The position numbers and the translations under genes were made by a program. A stretch of DNA of 19,961 nt from Octopus sinensis (taxonomy: Eukaryota): contig NW_021824106.1 in the NCBI RefSeq assembly GCF_006345805.1, positions 1 to 19,961 on the forward strand. Reading direction: 5' to 3'. The stretch's first letter is position 1. Every line of letters starts with the position of its first letter. Shown piece after piece: positions 9,929-19,537 of this stretch. A model generated the notes under the pieces. The model was not told the origin of the DNA and ran no database searches. It was given only the letters and a program-made list of their open reading frames with translations.

Positions 9929-10122
9929 GTTGACAACCGGTTCTGGTTTGCTTTCGAATCCAATAATTAGCAGTTCGGCAAAAAGAGCTTTATAGAATAG
10001 GTATGAACATTAAAAAGAAAGAATTGAAAACATGAGGGTCTTTTGTTCGATAGAATCTCCGGGTGGTTCTCCGACATGGCTGCTGTCAAATAACTACAAC
10101 AAATTAAAAGAATAAAAGAATA
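9929..10122 (+). mobile_element. 3' half of an old family-A SINE
   Basis: ttgacaaccg...ttagcagttcggcaaaaagag...catggctgctgtcaaataact...aaaagaataaaagaata aligns to 10345-10499. Confidence 0.7.
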
Positions 10123-10133
10123 TTTCAGTAATG

Positions 10134-10499
10134 TAGGCCGTAGGAGTGGCTGTGTGGTAAGTAGCTTGCTTACGGACCACCGGGTTCAGTCCCACTGCGA
10201 GGCGCCTTGAGCAAGTGTCTTCTAGTGCAGACCAAAGCCTTGTGAGTGGATTTGGTAGACGGAAACTGAAAGAAGCCCGTCGTATATGAGTATATATATG
10301 TGTGTGTATGTTTGTGTGTCTGTGTTTGTCCCCCCAACATCGCTTGACAACCGATGCGGGTGTGTTTACGTCCCCGTAACCTGGCGGTTCGGCAAAAGAG
10401 ACCGATAGATTAAGTACTAAGGCTTGCAAAGAATAAGCTCGACTAAAGGCGGTGCTCTAACATGGCCACAGTCAAATGACTGAAACAAGTAAAAGAGTA
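10134..10499 (+). mobile_element. Near full-length tRNA-derived SINE (family A) with internal microsatellite
   Basis: A-box tggctgtgtgg (~10147), B-box-like gggttcagtcc (~10182), internal TA/TG tract (~10282-10330), and a 3' tail resembling the CR1 3' UTR at 4646-4684. Confidence 0.9.
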
Positions 10500-10816
10500 G
10501 ATCCAATGCGTTCAATAAAAAATCTGTTGCATCAAAATTATCTTGAGTCTACAGAACAACAAATATAATCTTTGGAAAAATAAGGTAATGAAAATGTCCG
10601 CAATGGTTAAAGTTCCTTGGTCAAAAACTGTAAGACTGGTTAAAGCTTGCAATTAATCTAGTAGGAAATACTCTGTGCACCTTCTTTATGCTTTGACATA
10701 TAATTCAAAATTCCAATCTTCCATTCAATAGCTGACTAAAATAATTTTCATTTATATGATTTTAAATAGTTTTAAATTACGTTCTTTTGCAAGAAAAAAG
10801 AAATCAAAAATAAATT

Positions 10817-11493
10817 GTTTTTTGTCTTTTACTTGCTCCACTCATTAGGCCGAGGCCATGCTGGGGCACTGCCTTGAAGTTTAAGTCGAGTGCATCAACC
10901 CCCAGTAGTTCTTTTTTAAGCCTGGTTCTAATTCTATGTCTCTTTTGCCGAATGGTTGGATGGATTCTGAGAACCTTAAAAACAAGGTCCAGAAAACTAT
11001 ACTGGTTCTATGGAGGACATTTGCCCTCAGCCGCCTGCACTTATCATCTTAACTGTGGTCGTACCACTGTGTGAAATTAAGAACTGAACTTGGGACAGTT
11101 CAGCGCTGATACACCAGGAAGATTGCTCCGATTCTAATAGCTGAACTACTGGAAGAGAGTGAAAGGGCTACGAGTCTACTCCTTGGAGCGAAGACGGGGA
11201 GAGGTATGCATGGAAGATCCTGGAGGAACTGGCATCAAATTTTGTCACGCGGTGGTGGAGGTGGGGGGACAAACACAAACAGAAAGACACTTACACACAT
11301 AGATATACATACACAAACACATATATATTATTATATTCGATGAGCTTCTTTCAGTTTCCGTCAACCAAATCCACTCATAAGGCTTTGGTCGGCCCGAGGT
11401 TATAGTAGAAGACACTTGACCAAGGTGTCACGCAGTTGGAGTAAACCCAGGACCATGTGGTTGGGAAGCAAGCTTCTTACCACATAGCCACGC
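10817..11493 (-). mobile_element. Family-A SINE interrupted by a LINE fragment
   Basis: Head and middle at 11244-11493 and tail at 10817-10952, both reverse-complement homologues of 10134-10499. Confidence 0.85.
10953..11243 (+). pseudogene. Internal CR1-clade LINE ORF2 fragment (post-RT region), decayed
   Basis: Across frameshifts and stops: GWILRTLKTRSRK / TILVLWRTFALSRLHLSS*LWSYHCVKLRTELGTVQR*YTRKIAPI / NYWKRVKGLRVYSLERRRERYAWKILEELASNF, containing the CR1 YSLERRR motif. Confidence 0.85.
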
Positions 11494-11802
11494 AGAGAAA
11501 CTTGATACATTTGCTTTCGATTTCATTTGATTTCGAAAGTGTTTTCTGTATAGTTTTACATTTGAATCATATCGCATTTGCTCATCCATATATGAGTATT
11601 AATGAAGTATGTTTGTACGTTATCAAAATAGATTTAAAAGAAGGCCTAAGAAAGGAGGAATCTTGCTTTTTCATTTTTTCTTGCAAAGTCCTTAATGGTT
11701 TGTGACATTTTAACGAACACGTGTATTTTAAACAGAATGTATGAAAGAAGATATTGTAATATCTTAGATGGCAGAGCATCTAAAACCTATTAAAAAAACC
11801 TA

Positions 11803-11866
11803 CATATATATACATATATATATATACATATAATATATACATATATATATACATATATATATATAC

Positions 11867-11920
<54 letters not shown>

Positions 11921-11949
11921 TATATATATATATATACATATATATATAC

Positions 11950-11995
<46 letters not shown>

Positions 11996-12020
11996 ATATA
12001 CATATATATATATACATATA

Positions 12021-12087
<67 letters not shown>

Positions 12088-12095
12088 CATGTGTG
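11803..12095. repeat. (TA)n microsatellite
   Basis: Visible directly. Confidence 0.97.
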
Positions 12096-12358
12096 TGTGT
12101 TGCTGTCCACTCTTCACCGAGGAAGACCATTGCTGACCTTCAGGAAATTGTGCGTTCTAGGATTAACTTATATTTTGCATTTGCGGCTCCGTTGGTGACT
12201 AAAGAACATACACGACTACAAACATTGCAAACCAACCTTTCCCCATTCACTACACTAGCAGTGCAGTTTCAAGCAGCACGCTCAAAATTCCTCATGCAGA
12301 ATACGTGCTCTCTCAAATGTGCTGACCTGCTCCTTAAGCTGCTACCTCCATCTGTAAA

Positions 12359-12924
12359 ATGTGTGAGGCCTTTCAACAGCAGTTTGCTCGACTGTTCGGG
12401 ACGAGTACGGGCAAGAACGTAGGGTGGACTTCAGGGCCTACCTACACAGCCTACCACGACTCTCGATAACAGAGGCAAGGCGCTGCGAAGGTGCCAACAC
12501 GGCGGCGGAATTGCGGGACTCGATGGCAGAATGCTCGAGGGACAAATTGCCGGGTTTGGATGGTCTACCCTACGAGCTTTACAGTTGTATGCCAGACTTG
12601 TTTGGAGACGTCTTGGCAGCGGTGTACTGCAACTAGCAGCAAAACGGGAGCATCCCTAGTTTTGTGCGCCGAGGAGCCGTAACACTGCTGAGGAAAGATC
12701 TAAACAAGAGGGATGTAATAGATAACTTTAGGCCCATCACACTGCTCAATGCAGACTTGAACATTTTGGCCAAGGTGTTAGCCTAGAGGTTGACGCTTGT
12801 CATCGAAAAACTGGTCGACAAGGCTCAAATGTGCACCGTGCCGGGCCGGAGGATCCATGAAAACCTCCATCTGATGCGCTACATCATAGACAGGGTAGTT
12901 AAGGAACCTGGCATGGGTGGGGCG
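12359..12924 (+). pseudogene. Tx1/L1-clade LINE ORF2 fragment (N-terminal part of reverse transcriptase), decayed
   Basis: 12424-12924 in one frame with two stops: ...KLPGLDGLPYELY...DNFRPITLLNADLNILAKVLA*RL...Q.CTVPGRRIHENLHLMRYII. The upstream [14 protein letters not shown] (from 12359) joins by frameshift. Confidence 0.9.
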
Positions 12925-12973
12925 AACGCATTGTGACCAGTAATGTGTAACAACATCTGATGGTCTGGTCGGT

Positions 12974-13014
<41 letters not shown>

Positions 13015-13704
13015 CATATATATACACAGACACATATATATAACACACACATCACACACACAAGGACATATGTGTGTACGTAAATATATTCGTGTACTTA
13101 TATGTATGTTTAAGTCTCTAAAAAAACGTATACACAATTTCTTAGTTTTTTTCTTTGTTGTTTTTTTGTTTTTCACAATGGCGTTTGTACTAATTAAGTG
13201 GGATGTATACCATCAAAGATAACTAGAATCGTTCTTGATGTTTATTGAATAAACTCATTTACCATAAACACAACCTGTTTTCTCGCTGTGAATCATTATC
13301 GTGTACCTCTTGACAGACTTCCATAAGCTTCAGTTATGTATTCAAAGAATAAGAAAATGACAAGAGTGAAATACAATCGCTGATCGCTTTGGCTTTCATG
13401 GACTTTCGGGAAGTTCCTTTTTTATTAGCTATATTTATTTTATTTGATTTTGTTATATATTATTAGTTGTGCGTGCGTCTGTGCGTGTGTGTGTGTGTGT
13501 GTGGCGAAAGTTGTTTAACTAAGAGCAGGAAGAAGTATTACCTGGACATTTTTTACGCAGTGCACAAATTGAAACTGTCATTTCGAAAACAATATTTATA
13601 TATATATCCATTCTTGTTTTTTTTTGTGTGTGTGTTTTGGTTTATTTTTGTCTGTTTTCTTTTCTTTTGCTGTTTGCCTTTTTGTTTTTTTAGTTAACGC
13701 ATAC

Positions 13705-13854
13705 CAAAATTTTTTGACAAGGCTATTTTTCTCGGTGAAAGAAGAACATAAGTTACGCAAAAGACTTCCCATGTTGCTCAGAGAAGACATCATTCTTTCC
13801 TCTGTCAAAGTTGAGAGGTCAAAGCCGGGATCACCAACCTGGCTTAGTGTTACC
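13705..13854 (-). CDS. Candidate internal exon (150 nt, phase 2-2) of an unidentified gene
   Basis: gatag|G acceptor (weak pyrimidine tract), open frame VTLSQVGDPGFDLSTLTEERMMSSLSNMGSLLRNLCSSFTEKNSLVKKF, TG|gtatgc donor. No protein family recognised. Confidence 0.25.
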
Positions 13855-14105
13855 CTATCACCAATCAATTTACATTGTTACAAGCAGCTTACACACACAC
13901 ACACACTTAAACACACACTCACACACACACTTAAATACACACTCACACACACACTCACACACACAATCGTATACGTGTGTGTGTGTGTGAGACTTGCATA
14001 TATGTCTGCATTTGTGCGTGTGTGTATGTGTGTATAAATATACTTTGCAGCAACACCCATCATATGTGTGTGCTTTTGTGTAATGTATATATATATATAT
14101 AAGTC

Positions 14106-14290
14106 GCCATGATAGATCGTTAGCCACTACACACATTTTTTTCTCTCCTTGTTTTTTCTGTGTCCCTTTCTGTAGAAGAGCGTAGGCTCGAAACGTAAAA
14201 GACTTTTTCTATTCCTGATCGTTATACTAATACATCTGTTTGTTTTGTACACCACCGGTCTTCGTCTTTTTTTTTTCGTAAACTCTCCCT
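14106..14290 (+). mobile_element. Hammerhead-bearing element family 3, short copy (3' part only)
   Basis: Homologous to 16063-16322; same ctccct terminus; preceded by (TA)n. Confidence 0.8.
14166..14201 (+). ncRNA. Minimal hammerhead-like motif with variant core
   Basis: CUUU CUGUAGA A GAGC-guag-GCUC GAAA C GUA / AAAG. This is the Penelope-type minimal layout without stem III, but with U instead of A at core position 6. Confidence 0.6.
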
Positions 14291-14299
14291 GTATTTGTG

Positions 14300-14520
14300 C
14301 ATACATACACATGCCTGCATACATGCATACATACAGGCATAGATATAAAGATACGTGCATGCATATATACATACATACATACATACATGCATACATACAT
14401 ACATACATGCATACATACATACATACATACATACATTCATACATACATACATACATACATACATACATACATACATACATACATACACATACATACATAC
14501 ATACTCACATACGTACATGC
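14300..14520. repeat. (TACA)n microsatellite
   Basis: Visible directly. Confidence 0.95.
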
Positions 14521-14843
14521 ATAAACACGTTTGTGTGTGTTGTATACGTATGTGATAATGATTCTAATGTCTACATTATGTATCCGTGTCAAATCTGCTG
14601 CCACCACCAACACTACTACCACAATCATCCCACCCCACCCCACTAATACACATTGTATTCAACATAATTCTTCAGTGTTATCCTCGATCAACATTACTTA
14701 AAATTCTACCATCACGTGTGTGTGTTAATGTGTATGTCTACCTGCCTGTGTCGATGAGTGTGTCTACATAAACATGTGTACATCCATACATACATGCATG
14801 CATACATAGATACATACATATATACATACATACAAAAATATGC

Positions 14844-14889
<46 letters not shown>

Positions 14890-14891
<2 letters not shown>

Positions 14892-15125
14892 CGCTTTTAG
14901 ATTTGGTTAGTAAGATTCTTTATGTGAATTCGTGTGTTGAAGCATATTCTGATATTTTGTTGTGTCTGGGGAGAGTCATTCTCTTTTAATGACTTATAAT
15001 TTAACACACACGCACATAAAATTTCCACTCATTTCTTTCTTTATTTTTCTAAAATTTTCGTTGCGTCTTGAGTGTGTCAAACTATAAGGCACTAAAAGAG
15101 AATGACTCTCCCCTGACACAACAGA
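14890..15125. mobile_element. Repeat with ~52-bp inverted arms (14958-15009, 15072-15123) between (TA)n tracts
   Basis: tgttgtgtctggggagagtcattctcttttaatgacttataatttaacacac versus the reverse complement of the right arm shows about 5 mismatches; 62-bp spacer. Confidence 0.7.
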
Positions 15126-15182
15126 TTATATATATATATATATAATATAGGCGTACTGATATATATTATATATATATATATA

Positions 15183-15286
15183 TGGTTCTGGGTTCAGCCC
15201 TACTGTGTGGCACTCTGAGCAGGTGCTGTCTGCTATAGCACCCGTCTGACCAAAGCCTTGTGAGTGAAACTGAAAGAAGCGTGTCC
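15183..15286 (+). mobile_element. Family-A SINE fragment (5'-truncated head)
   Basis: gggttcagccc...gaccaaagccttgtgagtg...aaactgaaagaagc matches 10182-10278. Confidence 0.75.
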
Positions 15287-15289
15287 TAT

Positions 15290-15334
15290 ATAATTTGTGT
15301 GTGCGCGTTTGTGTGTGGTGAATGCATATATATA

Positions 15335-15378
<44 letters not shown>

Positions 15379-15379
15379 G

Positions 15380-15432
<53 letters not shown>

Positions 15433-15529
15433 GTATATAAATATATATATACATATATATATATATTATATATATAATATATATATTATATATATATATA
15501 TTGTGTGTGTGTGTATACATATACATATG

Positions 15530-15581
<52 letters not shown>

Positions 15582-15650
15582 ATTGTGGTGTGTGTGTGTA
15601 TACATATACATATGTATATAAATACACAGAGACACACACACATACACATG
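15290..15650. repeat. Compound (TA)n/(TG)n microsatellite
   Basis: Visible directly. Confidence 0.95.
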
Positions 15651-15699
15651 GTGTTTTCAACTGATAGACGACTATGGCTATAATTGAATGTTAAAGACT

Positions 15700-16322
15700 A
15701 AGGCAGAGAGCAAGTTTATTGTCAATAACAGCTTGCACAACACCGCTAATACTTTCACCCACAAAGCCAAGAAGTCCAGAAACAAGAATAAGATTTCCAG
15801 TTTCGCAATAAAGCGAGTGTTATTTTGGAATTTCTTCATCCTAGTGAGATATCTCTAGTAAAGCTTAGGGATATCTCACTCCCGGCTTTTGGATAGCCGT
15901 TGGCTTTACTGAGTTCAACCATTATTTAACAAGTTTTGTTTTTCATCCTGCAGAGTGTCCAAACTACCTCTTTATCTAGAAAGTTTGGCGGGATTGCCAC
16001 TTTAGTCGCTGGTGGCCCGACCATGCTACAGCTGTACTGGTTTTCATGTTACCAGTAGCACTGCCATGATAAATCGTTAGCCACTACACACTTTTTTTTC
16101 TCTTTGTTTTTTCTCTCCTTTTTTCTTTCTTTTTTTTCTGTCCTTTTTCTCTCCGTTTTTCTCTCCCTGTTTCTCTCCTTGTTTTTTCTGTATCCCTTTC
16201 TGTAGAAGAGCGTAGGCTCGAAACGTAAAAGACTTTTTCTATTCCTGAGCGTTATACTAATACATCTGTTTGTTTTGTACACCACATGCCTTTGTCTTTT
16301 GTTTTTTTCGTAAAGTCTCCCT
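15700..16322 (+). mobile_element. Hammerhead-bearing element family 3, long copy (5' boundary uncertain)
   Basis: 16063-16322 is homologous to 14106-14290, with an expanded (TTTTCTCTCC)-like tract. A 15-bp hairpin lies at 15843-15880. Confidence 0.7.
16196..16231 (+). ncRNA. Minimal hammerhead-like motif with variant core, second copy
   Basis: Identical to 14166-14201, including CUGUAGA. Confidence 0.6.
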
Positions 16323-16614
16323 ATATACAAATATTATATTATGCTTTATATATAACGAGTTTGGTACAGTCCCCTTCAACCGAATTTAGAATATGGAATA
16401 GTCAATGGGATGTTTCAGAGAGGCTTGTTTAGTGGGCTATGCAACTGTAACGAATCGCAATTGTAAACGGCATAACCATGAGGGCTCCTGTAAACATTTC
16501 TGAGATCTATTTCACATTGCTTCGTAAAATGCAATATCTGTCGTAAATCAAATATATGCCTGTATTTGTTTCCATTGTCTATGCGTCTGTGTCTCTTACT
16601 CTCTCACTATATCA

Positions 16615-16643
16615 ATCCCTCCCTCCTTCCCTCTCTCTCCCTC

Positions 16644-16685
<42 letters not shown>
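16615..16685. repeat. (CT)n microsatellite
   Basis: Visible directly. Confidence 0.95.
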
Positions 16686-16688
<3 letters not shown>

Positions 16689-17502
16689 GCGTAGGTATAA
16701 GTGAATTTTCGTTTTCGTTCGCGTGTCAGTTGCCACAGAATAGCAAAAAAGAAACAGAAAATTCCCTGACATATTAATGGACATGAAGTAAAAATAACTA
16801 TATTTATGTGAGAATAATTTTAATTTATATTTATGGCTGTTTTCAATGGGTATTTTATGTGCTACGAAATAATGTTAAGTTCTTCCGTTAGATGTTGCTG
16901 CTAAGCTTCCATCCTAGGGGGCTATTACAGGAAGATATGACACATCTTGCCAACAGATGAAGGACGAGTTCTTATTTGAAAATATTGAAAACGGAATCAC
17001 GCATCAGAATCAAGGAATTTTGTCATTTATGTGGCGTATGTTTACTTCTTTCATAATTTATAATATAAGTATATACAGAAAATCTATGTTTGTTTTTTTT
17101 TATACAAAAGTAATATTCTGCTTGTTTTGTTGCCCGGAATATATCTACAATGAATTTGTTAATTTAATCATAATGTACAGCAAAAAAACAAAATCCACTT
17201 ACAAACACACAAACGAAGTAAACAAAAAACAAAAGAAATAAAAAAAAAATGAGAAAGAAAAAAAAATGGTGGTTGAAATAGCGGAAACTTTGAGACAGCA
17301 GTGATGCTTTATTGTCAAGTCTACTTGATATTTTGAGTCTCCCTCGGCCCTTCAATCCTAACGAGCCAAGACTTTATGTTAATGTTATCGTATATTTAAA
17401 ATGCCTCGGGTTTTTATGCCGCTGATTATGCGAGAGGTGAAACGTATGACTATGTTGTAAGAAAACAATATTCCGTTCGTAATAGTTAGTTGAGTGTTTA
17501 TT

Positions 17503-17546
<44 letters not shown>

Positions 17547-17685
17547 CGCGTGTGTGTGTGTGAGCGTGTGTGGGGGAGGGGTTCGTGTTTGTTTGTATGC
17601 GTGCGTGTGTGGATTACAACGACCATCCGGTCTAGATTCCACTATAAACATTATTACATATTTAAGAAGAAATTTCCGGTTACAG

Positions 17686-18010
17686 ACAGGTGTAACTGTG
17701 TGGCGAGGAGGGCTCACTTTGCAACCAAGTGGTTTTGGGTTCAGTCCCACATCACGGCACTTTGGGCTAGAAAGTAATACTATATAAACCCGCGTCGACC
17801 AATGCCTTTTTAACGAATATGTTAGTCGGAAACCCGCTGTATGTGTGTGTATGTGTGTCACACCAATTAACAATCGATTTTGACTTAGCAGTTCGACAAC
17901 AGATCGTAGAATAACTAAGAAACTTAAATAATAAACACTGAGGTCGAATTGTTCTACTAAACACTTCAAGTATGGCTGTAGTCTAATGAACGAAACAAGC
18001 AGTAGATAAA
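17686..18010 (+). mobile_element. Old, degenerate family-A SINE
   Basis: aactgtgtgg...gggttcagtcccac...ttagcagttcgacaacaga...catggc-like tail, collinear with 10134-10499. Confidence 0.7.
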
Positions 18011-18194
18011 TAATTATTCTTTATATAGCTTCTTTTATTCTTTTGATAAGTGCAATTCGTCTCCTAAAGGGTGATATTTGAACACCCTGCAGAATGTAGA
18101 ACATCGCTTGAAGAAAGGACAAGCTCGCGAAAGTCGGTGTATGTATGTATGTATGCATGTATGTGTGTATGTATGTATGCATGCATGTATGTAT

Positions 18195-18605
18195 ATCTCT
18201 TCTATTTTTTTTTTATTATAATTCTTCCTCTGAGGAGGGAGCCGGTTTCCAACAAAGATACAAGGCTCCATCTTTGGGATGTAGTTAACCCAGACAAATT
18301 AACATTTAGAACTTGAGAAAAGTGTTGCATATTTTAACTGTTCCATTCATAGATTGCACTTGTAATGTACGAACCAGTCGGTCAATTTCTCTTTCTGAAA
18401 ACCCCAGTTCATCCAGATTCTCCTTTAAGCATTTACTAACAAAACCTAATGCTCCAATTATTATTGGCATGAATATAAATTAATAGATTGGATATAGAAG
18501 CTGGGGTTTTCGAAGCAGTTGTCTATAGATATCCTCTTTTTCATTGATTTTCAAGCAGATATTTATATCTGCAGGGTAGCTGACCTCTTTGATGGTACAT
18601 AACTT
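18195..18605 (-). mobile_element. 3' end of an R4-like restriction-like-endonuclease non-LTR retrotransposon
   Basis: Minus 18599-18306 reads CTIKEVSYPADINICLKINEKEDIYRQLLRKPQLLYPIY*FIFMPIIIGALGFVSKCLKENLDELGFSEREIDRLVRTLQVQSMNGTVKICNTFLKF*, with RLE motifs EKxxxY and PIIIGALG. Short UTR and A-tail; (ATGT)n on both sides. Confidence 0.82.
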
Positions 18606-18689
18606 TGTATGTATGTATGTATGTATGTATGTATTATGTATGTATGTATGTATGTATGTATGTATGTATGCATGCATGTATGTATGTCT

Positions 18690-18989
18690 GAGACCACCTT
18701 CGGTCATGACTGACCATGGGATTGCACCTAGAAAGTTACCCTCCCAGGCTCAAGTTCGGGCAAGATTGTTTATGGAAATCCAGCAGTCACCCATGCATAC
18801 CAGCATCCCCTCTCCACACCACTGATGTTGTCCAAGGGAAAAGCAAAGGGGCCGAGACAGCTTGGGACCAGTGACGTCGCAACTCATTTCTACAGATGAG
18901 TGAACTGGAGCAACGTGAAATAACGTGTCTTGCTGAAGAACACAACACGCAGCCGGTCCGGGATTCGAACTCACAACCTCACGATCATG
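18690..18989 (-). mobile_element. CORE-type tRNA SINE (5'-truncated)
   Basis: B box GTTCGAATCC (18961-18970, minus), followed by ttcagcaagacacgtt...cagttcactcatctgtagaaatg, which resembles the CORE consensus cagtttcctcatctgtaaaatg. Confidence 0.8.
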
Positions 18990-19025
18990 CCCTGATTTCT
19001 GCAGCGTTGCATATTTGGCGCTTAC

Positions 19026-19171
19026 CTTCTTACATAATCACGGGTCAACACAAGATTTGTGAAATTGAATAGATGGAAATTGTGGGGAAGTCCAAACGGT
19101 GGACTGTATATGCACCTCTTTGTTGGTAGTACCTTTAAGTAGTCACTGTTGTTTGACACCACATTCTTATT
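19026..19171 (-). CDS. Candidate internal exon (146 nt, phase 0-2) of an unidentified gene
   Basis: tatacctag| acceptor, open frame NKNVVSNNSDYLKVLPTKRCIYSPPFGLPHNFHLFNFTNLVLTRDYVR, strong AG|gtaagc donor. No family recognised. Confidence 0.3.
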
Positions 19172-19305
19172 CTAGGTATACTTAGAAGATTAAACTTTAT
19201 CGCAGCATCCGAACTAGTTCTTTGAGCCTTGTACACATGAACAGGAGGGTACATTGCATTCTTTTATTAATACACACACACCACAACACCCACACACACA
19301 CAAAC

Positions 19306-19537
19306 TTATTTCTTTACTACCCCACAAGGGGCTAAACACAGAGAGGACAAACAGGACAGACAAACGGATTAAGTCGATTATATCGACCCCAGTGCGTAAC
19401 TGGTACTTATTTATCGACCCCGAAGGATGAAAGGCAAAGTCGACCTCGTCGGAATTTTTAACTCGAACGTAGCGGCAGACGAAATACCGCAAAGCAATTC
19501 GTCCGGTCTGCTAACGATTCTGCCAGCTCGCCGCCTT
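19306..19537 (-). mobile_element. Full-length tRNA-derived SINE (family B)
   Basis: Homologous to 5723-5937; flanked by a 7-bp direct repeat cacaaac (19299-19305, 19538-19544). Confidence 0.9.

Noticed and set aside
10134-10200. tRNA-like A and B boxes here and at 6707, 7750, 17695, 18961 and 19450-19530
   Set aside because: They are SINE heads: no cloverleaf or acceptor stem, and they continue into SINE bodies.
13694-13880. Plus-strand exon after the long pyrimidine tract ending ttttttag (13693)
   Set aside because: Open frame (NAYQNFLTRLFF...) but no convincing donor and no compatible partner exon. It cannot be fully excluded as an alternative to the minus-strand candidate.
17422-17446. 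ctgattatgcgagaggtgaaacgta, hammerhead-like
   Set aside because: G8 is missing, stem II is only 2 bp and stem I does not form.
18107-18135. cttgaagaaaggacaagctcgcgaaagtc, hammerhead-like
   Set aside because: The core is altered and neither stem I nor stem II pairs.
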